Part shown: positions 1-12,128 of the stretch, piece by piece
How the letters are laid out: each line of letters starts with the position of its first letter
How positions within the stretch are numbered: the first letter of the stretch is position 1
DNA from: Ranitomeya imitator
Lineage: Eukaryota
Direction of reading: 5' to 3'
Assembly: GCF_032444005.1 (NCBI RefSeq)
Contig: NC_091284.1
Span: 802,218,001-802,282,000, forward strand
Length of the DNA: 64,000 bases
Position numbers and translations under genes: made by a program
The notes under the pieces: generated by a model
What the model was told of the DNA's origin: nothing
The model's input: the letters and a program-made list of their open reading frames with translations, nothing else
The model's database searches: none

Positions 1-197
1 GCCGGCAGATTCGTTCCAGAGTGAATTTTGATCACTGTGATAAAACCTCACAGTGATCAAAATAAAAAAAAAGTAAATGACCCCCCCTTTGTCACCCCCA
101 TAGGTAGGGACAATAATAAAATAAAGAATTTTTTTTTTTTTCCCCACTAAGGTTGGAGTTAGAACTAGGGTTAGGGTTAGGGGTAGGCTTAGGGTTA

Positions 198-480
198 GGA
201 ATGTGCACACGTATTCTGGTCCTCTGCGGATTTTTCCGCAACGGATTTCATTAATCCGCAGTGCTAAACCGCTGTGGATTTATCGCGGATTTACCGCGGT
301 TTTTCTGCGCATTTCACTGCGGTTTTACAACTGCGATTTTCTATTGGAGCAGTTGTAAAACCGCTGCGGAATCCGCAGAAAGAAGTGACATGCTGCGGAA
401 TGTAAACCGCTGCGTTGAACTGTAAACTCATGGGAAACTGCTGCGGATCCGCAGCATTTTCCGCAGCGTGTGCACATACC
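198..480. mobile_element. PIF/Harbinger-like MITE
   Basis: TIRs GGAATGTGCACAC / GTGTGCACATACC, left flank TTA, interior rich in ccgc/gcgg inverted repeats. Confidence 0.6.
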
Positions 481-490
481 TTTAGAATTA

Positions 491-834
491 GGCTATGTGC
501 ACACAGTGCGGATTTGGCTGCGGATCCGCAGCAGAGTTCCATCAGGTTTACAGTACCATGTAAACATATGGAAAACCAAATCCGCTGTGCCCATGGTGCA
601 GAAAATACCACGCGGAAACGCTGCGTTGTATTTTCCGCAGCATGTCAATTCTTTGTGCGGATTCCGCAGCCTTTTAGACCTGTTCCTCAATAGGAATCCG
701 CTGGTGAAATCCGCACAAAAAACACTGGCAATCCGCGGTAAATCTGCAGGTAAAACGCAGTGCCTTTTACCCACGGATTTTTCAAAAATGGTGCTGAAAA
801 ATGTCACACGAATCCGCAACGTGGGCACATAGCC
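491..834. mobile_element. PIF/Harbinger-like MITE
   Basis: TIR GGCTATGTGCACAC / GTGGGCACATAGCC with TTA TSD on both sides (488-490, 835-837). Confidence 0.8.
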
Positions 835-975
835 TTAGGGTTGGGTTGGAATTAGGGTTGTGGTTAGGGTTAGGGGTGTGTTGGGGTTAGGGTTGTGGTT
901 AGGGGTGTGTTGGGGTTAGGGTTGTGATTAGGGTTACGGCTACAGTTGGGATAAGGGTTAGGGGTGTGTTGGAGT
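835..975 (+). repeat. Degenerate TTAGGG-like array inside the TTAA element (same array also at 165-197, interrupted by the two MITEs)
   Basis: Repeated gggtta, ggttgt and ggggtgt units. Confidence 0.8.
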
Positions 976-2870
976 TAGAATTGAGGGGTTTCCACTGTTT
1001 AGGCACATCAGGGGGTCTCCAAACGCAACATGGCACCACCATTGATTCCAGCCAATCTTGTATTCAAAAAGTCAAATGGTGCTCCCTCACGTCCGAGCCC
1101 CGACGTGTGCCCAAACAGTGGTTTATCCCCACATATGGGGTACCAGCATACTCAGGACAAACTGCGCAACAATTACTGGGGTCCAATTTCTCCAGTTACC
1201 CTTGAGAAAATAAAAAATTGCTTGCTAAAACATCATTTTTGAGGAAAGAAAAATGATTTTTTATTTTCACGGCTCTGCGTTGTAAACGTCTGTGAAGCAC
1301 TTGGGGGTTCAAAGTGCTCACCTCATATCTAGATAAGTTCCTTTTGGGGTCTAGTTTCCAAAATGGGGTCACTTGTGGGGGGTTTCTACTGTTCAGCCAC
1401 ATCAGGGGCTCTGCATACGCAACGTGACGCCCGCAGAGCATTCCATCAAAGTCTGCATTTCAAAACGTCACTACTTCACTTCCGAGCCCCAGCATGTGCC
1501 CAAACAGTGGTTTACCCCCACATATGGGGTATCAGCGTACTCAGGAGAAACTGGACAACAAATATTGGGGTCAAATTTCTCCTGTTACCCTTGGGAAAAT
1601 TAAAAAATTCTGGACTAAAAAATTATTTTTGAGGAAAGAAAACGTATTTATTATTTTCACTGCTCTGTGTTATAAACTTTTGTGAAGCACTTGAGGGTTC
1701 AAAGTGCTCACCACACATCTAGATTAGTTCCTTTGGGGGTCTAGTTTCCAAAATGGGGTCATTTGTGGGGGATCTCCAATGTTTAGGCACACAGGGGCTC
1801 TCCAAACGCGACATGGTGTCCGCTAATGATTGGAACTAGTTTTCCATTTAAAAAGCCAAATGGCGTGCCTTCCCTTCTGAGCCGTGCGCCCAAACAGTGG
1901 TTTACCCCCACATATGGGGTATCTGCGTACTCAGGACAAACTGGACAACAAAATTTGTGGTCCAATTTCTCCTATTACCGTTGGCAAAATAGGAAATTCC
2001 AGGCTAAAAATCATTTTTGAGGAAAGAAAAATTATTTTTTATTTTCATGGCTCTGCGTTATAAACTTCTGTGAAGCAACTGGGGGTTTAAAGTGCTCAGT
2101 ATGCATCTAGATAAGTTCCTTGGGGGGTCTAGTTTCCAAAATGGGTTCACTTGTGGGGGAGCTGCAATGCATAGGCACACAGGGGCTCTCCAAACGCGAC
2201 ATGGTGTCCGCTAACAATTGGAGCTAATTTTCCATTCAAAAAAGTCAAAAGGCGCGCCTTCCCTTCCGAGCCCTGCCGTGTGCCCAAACAGTGGTTTACC
2301 CCGACATATGAGGTATCGGCGTACTCAGGAGAAATTGCCCAACAAATTTTAGGATCTATTTAATCCTATTGCCCATGTGAAAATGAAAAAATTAAGCGAA
2401 AAGAAATTTTTTGTGAAAAAAAAGTACTTTTTCATTTTTACGGATCAATTTGTGAAGCACCTGAGGGTTTAAAGTGCTCACTAGGCATCTAGATAAGTTC
2501 CTTGTGGGGTCCAGTTTCCAAAATGGGGTTACTTGTGGAGGAGCTCCAATTTTTAGGCACACGGGGGCTCTCCAAATGTGACATGGTGTCCGCTAAAGAG
2601 TGCAGCCAATTTTTCATTCAAAAAGTCAAATGGCGCTCCTTCCTTTCCAAGCCCTGCCGTGCGCCCAAACAGTGGTTTACCCCCACATATGAGGTATCAG
2701 CGTACTCATGACAAATTGTACAACAACTTTCGTGGTTCAGTTTCTCCTTTTACTATTGGGAAAATAAAAAAAATTGTTGCTGAAAGATCATTTTTGTGAC
2801 AAAAGTTAAATGTTCATTTTTTCCTTCCATGTTGCTTCAACTGCTGTGAAGCACCTGAAGGGTTAATAAA
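976..2870 (+). repeat. About five diverged tandem copies of a ~390-bp unit
   Basis: Anchor cccaaacagtggttta at 1110, 1499, 1889, 2283, 2664 (spacings 389, 390, 394, 381). Confidence 0.85.
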
Positions 2871-3541
2871 CTTCTGGAATGTGGTTTTGAGTACCTTGAG
2901 GGGTGCAGTTTTTAGAATGGTGTCACTTTTGGGTATTTTCAGCCATATAGACCCCTCAAACTGACTTCAAATGTGAGGTGGTCCCTAAAAAAAATGGTTT
3001 TGTAAATTTCGTTGTAAAAATGAGAAATCGCTGGTCAAATTTTAACCCTTATAACTTCTTAGCAAAAAAAAATTTTGTTTCCAAAATTGTGCTGATGTAA
3101 ATTAGACGTGTGGGAAATTTTATTTATTAACTATTTTGTGTCACATAACTCTCTGGTTTAACAGAATAAAAATTCAAAATGTGAAAATTGCATAATTTTT
3201 CAAAATTTTCGCCAAATTTCCGTTTTTATCACAAATAAATACAGAATTTATTGACCTAAATTTACCACTAACATGAAGCCCAATATGTCACGAGAAAACA
3301 ATCTCAGAATCGCTAGGATCCGTTGAAGCGTTCCCGAGTTATTACCTCATAAAGGGACACTGGTCAGAATTGCAAAAAATGGCAAGGTCTTTAAGGTCAA
3401 AATAGGCTGGGTCATGAAGGGGTTAAGAGGCGTAAAGCATCTTTATGATAATTGTCCTGATTGAGTATCAATTCCCCCCTCTCTTTCCCATTTTATCAGC
3501 TGGACATATCACTATTTTTTTTGTTATTTTGTAAAGACTTA

Positions 3542-4266
3542 AGGTACCGTCACACTAGACGATATCGCTAGCGATCCGTGACGTTGCAGCATCCTCGCTA
3601 GCGATATCGTCCAGTGTGACAGGCAGCAGCGATCAGGCCCCTGCTGTGCTGTCGCTGGTCGGGGAAGAAAGTCCAGAACTTTATTTGGTCGCTGGACTCC
3701 CCGTAGACATCGCTGAATCGGCGTGTGTGACACCGATTCAGCGATGTCTTCACTGGTAACCAGGGTAAACATCGGGTAACTAAGCGCAGGGCCGCACTTA
3801 GTAACCCGATGTTTACCTTGGTTACCATCCTAAAAGTAAAAAAAACAAACAGTACATACTTACCTACCGCTGTCTGTCCCCGGCGCTGTGCTCTGCACTC
3901 CTCCTGTACTGGCTGTGAGCGTCGGTCAGCCGGAAAGCAGAGCGGTGACGTCACCGCTCTGCTTTCCGGCCGCTGTGCTCACAGCCAGTACAGGAGGAGT
4001 GCAGAGCACAGCGCTGGAGGACAGATGGCTGTAGGTAAGTATGTAGTGTTTGTTTTTTTTTTTACTTTTAGGATGGTAACCAGGGTAAACATCGGGTTAC
4101 TAAGCGCGGCCCTGCGCTTAGTTACCCGATGTTTACCCTGGTTACCGGCATCGTTGGTCGCTGGAGAGCGGTCTGTGTGACAGCTCTCCAGCGACCAAAC
4201 AGCGACGCTGCAGCGATCCGGATCGTTGTCGGTATCGCTGCAGCTTCGCTAAGTGTGACGATACCT
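3542..4266. mobile_element. AGGTACC-family Harbinger-like palindromic MITE
   Basis: TIR AGGTACCGTCACAC / GTGTGACGATACCT, TSD TTA/TTA, two internal 33-bp-arm hairpins. Confidence 0.85.
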
Positions 4267-4429
4267 TTAATAGCCTTTCTTCTGGTGATTTAATCCTATT
4301 TGGAACAAGTGGTTTAAGTGTAAGCTTCTTTTACTATTTCTCATTTGATTCCATAGTGACAATTGTGTGGCTATTGTCTTTTGTTCTGCTGCTAAAACTC
4401 TTGTGCACATTAGTGCCACTGTACACAGA

Positions 4430-5175
4430 AAACATTTTCGTTATTGAGTTTGTTTTTTGCTCCCGTTTCCCAGAGGAATAACTTATTTTTCTGTCAATAT
4501 GGCCATGTGAGGGCTTGTGGTTTGCAGGACGAGTTGTACCTTTGAACGACATTATTTTTACCGTATCATATACTGGAAAACAGGAAAAAAAATTCCAAGT
4601 GCGGTGAAATTACAAAAAAAAAATTGCAATTCCACAACTGTTTTTTTTTTAATTGTCTCATTTTGAATGGGGCGAAAGGGGGGTGATTTCAACTTTTCTA
4701 TTTTAATATTTTTTAAAACTTCTCACTTGCTTCACTAGTCTCCATGGGAGACTAGAGGCTGTGATCTTCTGATAGCCTCTGATACACACAGGTGCCTGTG
4801 TGTAGCAGAAACGATCACTTGGTATGAGCACGGACCGCTGGGCGGTGCTCATAGCAATCTGGCAATGACGACAACCTGGGGTCTGCAGCAGATCGCTGTG
4901 GTTATGCCAACCAATCAGCGAACTGCGGTCATGTGACATGGGCGCTGATGGGCAGCACGATCACATTAAATGCCGTTGTCAGATTGACAGCAGCATTTAA
5001 CAGATTAACAGCCGCGAATGCATCGCGAATCCATTCCCGGCTTTTAGGGGCACATGTCCGCTGTTCAAAACAGCCGACATGTGCAGGGAAAAATATAGGC
5101 TCAGTGCCGGAGCCCACATCAAAAGGAGAGAGACGACACGCACAGTACGTGTACACGGTTCATATCGTGAAGGGG
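4430..5175. mobile_element. Fragment of a TTAA-ended non-autonomous DNA element
   Basis: Ends gtgaagggg|TTAA (5176-5179). Left part resembles the reverse complement of 48470-48600. Confidence 0.5.
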
Positions 5176-5879
5176 TTAACTTTTTTTGCGTCTTCTGTAT
5201 CACAGAAACATACCACATGACACGGAATATATTATGGTAAGAAATATGAACGAACAAAAGCAAAATTTTCAAACACTTTCTATCATTATATACCAAAATG
5301 TTGCAGTATGCACACAATACTGAACAGATAAGGAATCTAATCCTGAAATATTTGTATATGGTTTTTATGTTTTACATACCAAATAAAACCTCCAAGAAAG
5401 TATTAGATGATAACTATACCAAGTAGAAAACCAGAAAGAATTTAAAAAAAAACAACAAAAAACTTTGAATTAAAAGGCTTTTTTTTTTAATCATTAAAAC
5501 ATCATAAAATAGAGTAGACATCAATACCAGGGGGTCACTCCCATAATACAAAAACAGATGTCAAAATAGGGTTACCAGGATGGGGCAAAAAATACCTATT
5601 TCTCGCCCTACCGGGCTTTAATAGGTCCCTTCCTGGCTGCAGAGGTTGGCACCCCAATTGTAGACGTCATGGCGCCCCCGCTCAACATCGATAGCCCTAT
5701 ATGGCCCTAGAAACTAACCCAGGATACAAAAAAAAAAAAACACACGCATACATATAAAATGCGTCAGGTCCCTGGACCTCCATTTTCATTTGTAACTGGT
5801 GCCCCGGTCTGCACCTCAAACTGAGTAAACTGTGAAAACTGCACCCTGCTGTGTCCTCAGAGCTATTTACTGCGCCATT

Positions 5880-6189
5880 CATCCTGCACTACATCCATCA
5901 TCACCATCTTTAACAATGTAAATGCCCTGGGACTAAGCTCTACCTGTGGAGAGCTGTATCAACTCTGCTGCATCACCATCAGCCCCAGCGGTCTCTAAGC
6001 AGCATCGGCCATCCCTAGCCGAGTACCACATGTGGCATCACAAATCATCTTATAAACTTTATTTCCCCTTTAATCATCAATTTCCATTGGACAACCAGGG
6101 CCACGGACCGGGTCACTGCTGCCATGACACTTCCCTTTAAGAACCGGCCCAGTACAGAGTATCCCCAGGGCCCTGGCGGGCGCTCCACA
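5880..6189 (-). mobile_element. Probable LTR fragment
   Basis: Minus strand begins TGTGGAGCGCCCGCCAGGGCC and contains AATAAA. The other boundary is not resolved. Confidence 0.35.
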
Positions 6190-6535
6190 TGGGCCTGTAT
6201 GCATGCTCTGTTGATAATCCTGTCTTCTGACACCCTCTGGCAGTACTAAAAACCTGCTGAAAATATGACGCTAGCGGCAGGGCAACACAACCTCCAAGAC
6301 AGAGGGACAACTCATGCCAGCTGTCCAGCTTTGAGACCCAATAATTGATATAGATTTCAGTCTAAAAGAGGATTCACATTAGGTTCTCAGAGATGAAGAC
6401 TTTATTCTAAGAGGGGAATGGCATTATGTTAGGTCCTGGAAACGAAAGGCACCTTACCATGGCTTCCAAGTATACAGGAATTGGCCAAGTTATGCGCTAA
6501 GCTTACTCAATTTTTCTTATTTCTAGTGCAGTAAT

Positions 6536-7170
6536 TAGTGTTGAGCGATACCTTCCGATATTTGAAAGTATCGGTATTGGATTGTATTAGCCGATATCCG
6601 AAAAATATCGGATATCGCCGATACCGATATCCGATACCAATACAAGTCAATGGCACGCAAATATCGGAAGGTATCCTGTAATGGTTCCCAGGGTCTGAAG
6701 GAGAGTAAACTTTCCTTCAGGCCCTGGGATCCATACTCATGTAAAAAATAAAGAATAAAAAGAAAAAAAAAAATCGATATACTCACCCCTCCGACGGCCC
6801 CTGGCTATAAGCGGTGTAACCGGCAGCCTCTGTTCCTAAGAATGCAGGGTGAAGGACCTTCGATGACGTCGCGGCTTGTGATTGGACATGTGACCACTCA
6901 TGCGACCAATCACAAGCCACGACGTCACCGCAGGTCCTTCACTCGCTCATTCTTAGGAGGGGAGACTGCCGGTTACAGCGGTTTCAACCAGGGCGTGTCC
7001 GAGAGTGAGTATATCAATATTTTTTTTTTTTATTCTTTATTTTACACATGAATATGGATCCCAATACCGATTCCCGATATTGTAAAAATATCGGAACTCT
7101 GTATCGGAATTCCGATACCGCAAATATCGGCCGATACCCGATACTTGCGGTATTGGAATGCTCAACACTA
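6536..7170. mobile_element. hAT MITE (TAGTGTTGAGC TIR)
   Basis: TIR TAGTGTTGAGC / GCTCAACACTA, perfect 8-bp TSD GCAGTAAT (6528-6535, 7171-7178). Confidence 0.9.
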
Positions 7171-7315
7171 GCAGTAATGCAATTCAATTTTCAGATTTCA
7201 TGTTTGCAAGCTATAGCTCTACAGAGTGCTGCCTTATTTATTTAATCCAATATTTGAAAGTGTCAGAGGAATTAGGGAGTATGCTGGTTTGGTCTGCCAG
7301 GTATTGCTTGCCCAT

Positions 7316-7626
7316 TAGTGATTAGCGAGTATACTCATTGCTCGGGTTTTTCCTAGGACGCTTGGGTGATCTCTAAGTATTTGTTAGTGTTCGGAGATTA
7401 AGTTTTCATCGCGGCAGCTGAATGATTTACAGCTATTAGCCAGGCTGAGCACATGTGGGGGTTGCCTGGTTGCTAGGGAATCCCCACGTGTAATCAAGCT
7501 GGCTAATAGCTGTAAATCATTCAGCTGCGGTGATGAAAACTTAATCTCCGAACACTAACAAATACTCGGAGACCACCCGAGCGTGCTCGGGAAAACCTGA
7601 GCAACGAGTATACTCGCTCATCACTA
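7316..7626. mobile_element. hAT MITE (TAGTGATGAGCG-type TIR), whole element palindromic
   Basis: Long TIRs; 8-bp TSD TTGCCCAT / TTGACCAT with one mismatch. Confidence 0.85.
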
Positions 7627-8064
7627 TTGACCATCTTTAAAAACTTTTCCTTCCTTGTCAAACATGCCTGTCATCAGGCACAGGGTTGGTGTCATGAAAT
7701 TGACCCATGCCTTTTACAGAGTACCCCTACCTCTGCTGTGTGTCTCCCTGGCCTCTCCTCCTTAGTTGGACAAGGAAGCTTGCCCCCTGCCACCATCGTT
7801 GTCTGATGGGAATTTTTAAAACATTTTCAACAATGGCCTTCTGGTATAGCACCATTTTAGAAGATCTCTCCACCTCAGGAAGAAGAGATGCAAAATTCAC
7901 CTTGTAGTGTGGGTCTAGCAGGATGAACAACCAGTACTTTTATTTTTTTAGAGAAGGATATAACGACAGGGTCACGGCAAAGGAAACAGTGCATAAAGTC
8001 AGCCATATGTGCCAAGCTCCATACAGCCAACAAATCTGACTCCACCATGATGATGACTTTCATA

Positions 8065-8179
8065 GAATCATAGAATGTTAGAGTTGGAAAGGACCTCCTA
8101 GGTCATCTGGTCCAACCCTCTGCTCAAAGCAGGATTCACTAAACATCCCAGACAGATGTCTGTCCAGTCACTGTTTGAA
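8065..8179 (-). mobile_element. CR1 3' end (family 2), left part of a split fragment
   Basis: Plus strand catagaatcatagaatgttagag is a CR1 (attctatg)n tail in reverse. The sequence appears to resume at 41500. Confidence 0.75.
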
Positions 8180-8602
8180 CATAGACTTATAAAAAACAGC
8201 CGCACTCAAGGTATAGGTTATTAAATGCAAAATTGAGTGACATTTTATTGTATTCTCCATAGTAGCATAAGGGTGTTGAGGTAAAGTTTTGACCCCATAA
8301 TGGGCCTTTATCAAACCTCACTGGAAAAAACAATAGATACAGTACATTAGATGTGAACGTAGGTTGCAATCCATGATGCAGACATAAGAAGATATAAGCA
8401 TGATGTGGCGTAAGTGCAGGCAGAGGGCACCACATATAGTCTAAAATATGCAACAAAAGATAATTTGGGGAAGAGTAAACAAATGAACTGACCTTGTTGT
8501 AGAATCAATTATGAAAAGGAAACACCGTAGAGGATAAGTAAGGAAACACTGTAGAAAGGAAAACAATTATATGAAAAGGGCTCCTAGGTAGAGCTGTGGA
8601 AG
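8180..8602 (-). repeat. Inverted partial pLTR at the 5' end of the Penelope-like element
   Basis: Reverse complement of ~40818-41420 (and partly of 8840-9015) with a ~200-bp internal deletion. Head-to-head junction with the direct copy at 8602. Confidence 0.85.
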
Positions 8603-9124
8603 CTTACGCTACGTCATGCTTATATCTGCTTATGTCTGCATCATGGATTGCAACCTACATTCACCCTTATATGGGCATTGTTTGTATATATATATTGTAT
8701 ATATGTCACTGCATGTAGTTCCACATGCATTTTTCTATTGGTATCGGATCTTTCTATTTGACATCGGAACTTATTCTATCCGATTGGCATGTTTGTATAT
8801 CACATTTGTATATAGTTCTGGCATATTACTTTTTACTTCAACATCTAATGTACTGTATCTTTATTGCTTTTTCCAGTGAGGTTTGATAAAGGCCCATTAC
8901 GGGATCGAAACGTTACCTCACCCTTATGCTACTGTGGCGAATACAATAAAATGTCACTCAATTTTTGCATTTGAAAACCTATACCTTGAGTGTGACTTTT
9001 TTATAAGTCTATGATTTAACTGGATCTTATCCGGGTTCAGCCTGCACCTATCCTTACTTATCTGAGTGCACGCCATTTTTTCTTTAAATTATCTGCTTTG
9101 TTGGAATTGTTATCAAAGCCCTAG
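8602..9124 (+). repeat. 5' pLTR / leader of the Penelope-like element
   Basis: Direct repeat of ~41010-41490. Contains a hammerhead motif and precedes the ORF ATG at 9125. Confidence 0.85.
8876..8921 (+). ncRNA. Minimal type I hammerhead ribozyme, U3-A8 core variant
   Basis: GTGAGGT-TTGATAA-A-GGCCC..GGATC-GAAA-CG-TT-ACCTCAC; 7-bp stem I; one mismatch in stem II. Confidence 0.7.
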
Positions 9125-10307
9125 ATGTCTACCGAAACTTTTGTGTTTGATGAGTCTGCAGCTACACAAATTCTTGCTAAAGTGATCAACCCAGGTGACT
9201 TCCTGAAAATTCCAGGTCAAGAACTCCACACGAAGGACTACGAGCGCGAGCGTAGGTGTTTGGCATCTTTTGACCTACATTCTATAACCCTAGCAGAATA
9301 CTATAAATTAAGCAGGATTCCACGTGGCCTTAGGTGCCACTTAAGACCGACACTGAGAAACCAGATTATTGCGACAAATTCCAGAAGTTCCTAAATAAAT
9401 GCTCTTTGGACATTATTTTGCTGACTATTGATTTTCTCCAAACAGCCATTGTAGAGTCTGAAGAGAAACTTTCTTCTATTGAGAAGCAGCTATCCACATC
9501 ATTAATCAGCAGCCAATTGAAGCTCCCTGAAGGCCAAAACTGAAAGCGATCGAAGAGCACCGAAAATATCTACAAGAAAAGAAATGCTCTAAATTCCAGC
9601 GAGACTGAGGACTATGCCCAAAACCGTATCTACAAATGGAACGACTGCTTTCTCGGGTACCAGACGAGGCAACACTGGACCTCGACGCCAGGGATCATAC
9701 AGCACGGACAGAAACCACTCTACAAGCAGCCTTTCACAAAATTGTTTATCATCCAAGCGCCCGAGCTCAAGGCCCAATACTCGCCACAGAGGAGACCAAT
9801 ACAGAGGGCCTCCCGGAAGCACAGATCGTATAACAACGATTTATCGGTTTATCCTTCTGCCCTACCCCGACCATGGGACAAGTTCAAATTGTCTCAAGAC
9901 TTCAAATGGAGATTGCGGTAGAAATGCTGTAAGACTCATTTTGGACTATTGCAGGACTTACCAAGGAATAGGATCCCCACATCTGTGGAGAATCCTATAC
10001 CTGAATTAAGCATTGTGCGATTGGGTTTGTGCAATACCAGTAGTTTTAATCCTCCACATAGCTATCACGCAACTGAGGCGTACACATCGATCTAATTCAA
10101 AAGGATATTGATGTTATCCTGGAACACCACCATAAAGGTAGCTTTTCGACTCAACAATATCTCTCCCATCGAGAAACAAGCTCTTAGTTCTCTTAGCACC
10201 ATCAAGAGTATTACCATAAAACCAGCCGATAAAGGAGATGCTATTGTCATACAGAATACCACTGATTATTTTTCCGAGATCTCTAGACAATTGTCCGATA
10301 TAACTAC
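9125..10307 (+). pseudogene. Penelope-like ORF, N-terminal region to the start of RT (frameshifted)
   Basis: LHSITLAEYYKLSRIPRGLRCHL ... TIKPADKGDAIVIQN..YFSEISRQLSDIT; interrupted at 10308 by an LTR element. Confidence 0.85.
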
Positions 10308-10790
10308 TGTAGGGGTTGTACTCGCTCAGGTGCGACGGCTGACACTCAAGAGGCACGTTCCATTAAAAGTTCACAGGGTTTATTGCTCCATAAACCACAT
10401 AGTAAATAACAGAAAACAAATAGCCTTTAGCTCAGGAAAAGAAAATACAAGTGTCCAGTCCTTCAGGCTCAGTCCTGGAGCCTTAACACACTCTGGGGGC
10501 TTTCACCTCCACACACACACCCACCTGTGTTAAGCATTAGCCTTTCTTTTATAGATATAACTACACCCAGGAACCCATCACATGATTAGACATTTGGTTA
10601 TGACATTACCACAGGTCCTGAAACACAGATAGGCATGGTTATGCCTCTTACCCAGGGGTGAGGTATATGGGTAGTCAGACCCTCTCTGCTTTATGTGGAT
10701 CAAAGAAAACACTCCGGGTTACATTACAGCGACAAGCCACCTATGTGACACATACCTCCCATCAACTATACAACCTTTAGCCACGTTACA
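10308..10790 (-). repeat. 3' LTR of the Gmr1-like element
   Basis: Homologous to 20586-21071. PPT AGGCAGAGGGGGGAGGTA on the minus strand at 10791-10808. Confidence 0.9.
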
Positions 10791-10799
10791 TACCTCCCC

Positions 10800-11255
10800 C
10801 CTCTGCCTAAAGCCGTGGGGCTTGGCACTTTCCCCCACTAGACAAGGGATTCTTGATAGGGCATCAGCATTACCGTGCAGCTTCCCAGCCCTATGTTCCA
10901 CATGGAAACTGAAGTCCTGCAGGGCTAAGAGCCAACGGGTGACCCTAGCATTTCTACCCTTCGTTTCCCTCATCCATCTAAGTGGGGCATGGTCGGATAT
11001 CAGTCTAAATTTACGTCCCAGCAGATAGTACCATAGCGTGTTCACTGCCCACTTTATAGCCAAACACTCCTTCCCTATGACTGAGTAATTCCTTTCAGAT
11101 GAGGACAGCTTCCTACTCAGATAGAGAACAGGATGCTCCTCCCCATGTAGCTCTTGGGAAAGGACTGCTCCTACCCCAACAACTGAGGCATCTGTCTAAG
11201 AAAGTTTATTCTTCAAAGTCTGGGGCCATCAGAACGGGTTGCTTACATAGAGCCC
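10800..11255 (-). pseudogene. RNase H of the Gmr1-like pol
   Basis: ALCKQPVLMAPDF, DASVVGVGAVL and AIKWAV..YYLLGRKFRLISDHAPLRW motifs; frameshifts present. Confidence 0.85.
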
Positions 11256-12128
11256 TGTGAATTCTGCTTTTGGGTTCCCTCCGGTGGTTGTAGGTGGTAA
11301 TGCAGTTGTCCCTGAGTGGCAGTCCTGGTCAGGTGTTTCTGCTGATTGCAGTTCTGACTGGGGTATTTAGGTGTGCAGGATTCATTAGTCCTTGCCAGTT
11401 GTCCATTGTTCTGGGAGGTTTTGGATCTTTGTCTGGTTCCTCCTGCCTGGCTGCCAAATCAGCAAAGATAAGGGTCTGTTTTTTTGTTTCTGTGGCACAC
11501 ATGCTGTGTGCATAATTATTCAGTGCTATTCTTTTGTTTTTTCTTGTCCAGCTTAGATTGTGTCAGTGTTTTCTCAGTCTTGTTGGATTCTCAGGAGATG
11601 CAGATATACTTTCCACGTCTTTAGTTAGATGGTGGAATTTTTTGTATTATCTGCTGTGGATATTTTTTGGAAGGGTTTTAATACTGACCGCTTAGTATTC
11701 TGTCCTATCCTTTCCTATCTAGCTAGAGTGGCCTCTTTTGCTAAATCCTGTTTCCTGCCTGCGTGTGTCTTTCCTCTACTACTCACAGTCAATATTTGTG
11801 AGGGGCTGCCTATCCTTTGGGGTTCTGCTCTGAGGCAAGGTAGAATTCCTATTTCTATCTATAGGGGTATTTAGTCCTCCGGCTGTGTCGAGGTTTCTAG
11901 GATTTTTTAGGCACACCCCACGGCTACTTCTAGTTGCGGTGTTAAGTTCAGGATTTGCGGTAGTTTCCACCAACTCCAGAGAAAGTTTCATGCTGTTCCA
12001 AGGTCACCGGATCATAGCAGTACAACTGGCCAATAATGAGTTAAATGCATCTCAGAAGAAGGGAAGAAAGGTGTTGAGCCATTTTTTTCTGCAGTCTGCT
12101 TTTTCTTCTCTTCCCTCTTAATCTCTGG

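Larger units (their letters stand above)
1..3422. mobile_element. Large non-autonomous TTAA-ended (piggyBac-like) DNA element, right part; contains TTAGGG-like arrays and ~390-bp tandem repeats
   Basis: Ends gggtcatgaagggg|TTAA (TTAA 3423-3426). Interior is homologous and colinear with 48700-50880. No transposase ORF. Confidence 0.7.

Noticed and set aside
165-975. True telomere or chromosome-fusion site
   Set aside because: The arrays are short and degenerate and lie at a fixed position inside two copies of a transposon.
3539-4180. Recurring ORFs such as MFTLVTSEDIAES... at many loci
   Set aside because: These are chance frames of the palindromic MITE family with no protein motifs.
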